This document shows, piece after piece, positions 62,306 to 64,000 of a stretch of 64,000 nucleotides of DNA. The stretch is from Malacoraja senta. Its lineage: Eukaryota. The notes beneath the pieces are model-generated. The model was given only the letters and a program-made list of their open reading frames with translations. It searched no databases and was not told the DNA's origin. The stretch is taken from assembly GCA_038087875.1 (NCBI GenBank), contig CM075991.1, positions 1,984,001-2,048,000 of the forward strand. Direction: 5' to 3'. Position 1 is the stretch's first letter. Every line of letters starts with the position of its first letter. Position numbers and translations under genes: made by a program.

Positions 62306-62496
62306 AGCGATCCCCTCACCGGCCCATTCTCCAGGCGGGCCTGCCTTCCAACAAGACGGTGATGGTGGGCAGTGATGTGGAGTTTATGTGCAAGGTCTAC
62401 AGCGACTCCCAGCACCACATCCAGTGGCTCAAGCACGTCATGGTCAACGGCAGCAGCTTCGGGCCCGATGGCTCTCCCTACATCCAAGTGCTGAAG
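62306..62496 (+). CDS. FGFR1: FGFR1 Ig-IIIa exon (D2-D3 linker and first half of D3)
   Basis: [69 protein letters not shown] is the FGFR1-type motif. 191 nt, CCCAG| acceptor and AAG|GTACGT donor. Confidence 0.96.
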
Positions 62497-64000
62497 GTAC
62501 GTCCTTGGCCGCCAGCTTTGGCCAGTCTAGGCTTGGATGAGGTGGGGACGGTCGACTCAGATGACTGCCCGTGGGTGGGCATAGACACGATGGGCCGAAT
62601 GGCCCGTTTCCACGCTGTACCACTATTTGACATGGTGGGACCACGGGTGGGGCAATCATTGCAGATGGGTTTCCTATGGGTGGGCATAGACTTAATGGGA
62701 TGAATGGCCTGTTTCCACACTGTACGCCTCTATTGGACAACCCGCCCAGGTGCGTTTGATCATTGGACGAGGTGTGGGCGGTCAATGCACATGGGTTCCC
62801 ACGGGTGGTCATGGACATAATGGGCCGAATGGCCTGTTAGCAGGCTATATGACTAGATCAGACTGGCTGCGCATATGTGTGCTTCATCTGATTTGGCATG
62901 AATGAGGGGGAGGGTGGAGACAGTAAGTGAAGATGGCTGCCCGTGGGTCGGCATGACCAAGTGGGCTGAATGGCCTGTTTCCAGGCTGTAGAGCGTTTCC
63001 CCAGACAACGTGGATGAGGTGTGGGTGCAAGAGGGAACAGGCTGCTTGGGACTGTCCCCAGAGAGTGCTCATGGCTGCCCCTGGAGGTTGGAGGGCCACA
63101 AGACATCATTAGAGTGTCGTCTGCTCAGAGCTGCTCATCCTGATATTAACCCTCGCTCGCAGGGGAGAGTTAAAGAGCCCTTCCCTCCTGTCCACAGTCA
63201 CGTTCGCCTAGTGTTAGGCGACCAGGGTGGCACGGTGGCGCAGCGGGTAGAGCCGCTGCCTCACAGAGCCAGAGAGTTAGCTTCGATCCTGGCCTCGGGT
63301 GCTGTCGGTGTGGAGTTTCCACGTTCTCCCTGTGACCACTAGGTTTGCTCCGGGTGCTCCGATTTCCTCCCACATCCCAAAGACGTGCGGGCTTGTAGGT
63401 TAATTGCCCCTAGTGTGTAGGGAGTGGATGAGAAAGTGGGATTACGTGGAACTGGTGATCGATGGTCGGCGTGGACTCGGCGGGCAGAAGGGCCTGGGTT
63501 CCATGCTGTATCTCTGAACTAAACTGGTGTAGACCTTTGTTTAATTTCCCTTCAAGGTGTCAGTGGCTTCAAGGGACCATCTACGCCCATGGCAACTGAG
63601 GGCGAGGGATAGATATCAAAGAGCGTGGACACTGTGTGGGGTTTGCTCTGTGCACCGATCAGCTGTGATCCTCTTCTGCCCTCGACCTTCCCCGGAGATA
63701 GCCCAGGGGTACCCGATCTCTCGTCCTCCCTCCCCCGTCCTGGAAATACCAACGGGTTCCTTGGAGATGAAAGGCGAGGTCCTCTGAGGGCAGATTATCC
63801 CAGGGATCAGAAGTGTGATGGGACAGTGCTGGAGTTCACAGCTATAAACCCATCACTGATCAGACATCCCAAAGCAAAACGCCGCAGATGCTGAAAAATC
63901 TAAACATAAAGCCCACGAACACCGGGGGCCACTGTAGAGTTGCTGCCTCACAGCGCCAGAGACCCGGGTTCGATCCTGACTACGGCTGCTGTCTGTACGG

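Noticed and set aside
62570..62990. Regularly spaced repeats as a CRISPR-like array
   Set aside because: The units are diverged, the spacers are related to each other, the repeat is a retroposon tail, and there are no cas genes in this vertebrate context.
63540..63900. Possible IIIb or IIIc exon after TTCCCTTCAAG
   Set aside because: No frame resembles HSGINSS or TAGVNTTDKE; these exons probably lie beyond the window.

Overview
Repeat-dense vertebrate genomic DNA, most likely from a skate or ray (inferred from abundant HE1-type V-SINEs, HER1/CR1 LINEs and Penelope-derived repeats), with one 200-N gap at 45506-45705. The only host gene I can support is the 5' half of FGFR1 on the + strand: signal-peptide exon (30849-31031), Ig-I exon (50028-50291), an expanded acid-box exon (52793-52906) and the Ig-IIIa exon (62306-62496). 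I could not find the two Ig-II (D2) exons that should lie between the last two, and the flanking exons would still splice in frame. The rest is nested transposable elements: L1/Tx1, CR1 (one near full length), a rearranged young Gypsy element, two DIRS1-type tyrosine-recombinase retrotransposons, Rex1, Crack/L2 and L2 fragments, Harbinger, Tc1 and hAT-or-P MITEs, a solo LTR and many fold-back repeats carrying hammerhead-ribozyme cores. Main leads: (1) the missing D2 exons plus a candidate deletion junction, (2) an apparent shared ATG leader exon spliced in frame to both gag and recombinase in the DIRS elements, (3) hammerhead-bearing fold-back elements, (4) a teleost-like SINE inside a young CR1, and (5) a locally templated inverted insertion. 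Family names come from motif recognition and memory, not database searches. Exon, TSD and TIR coordinates were counted by hand; other repeat boundaries are approximate.
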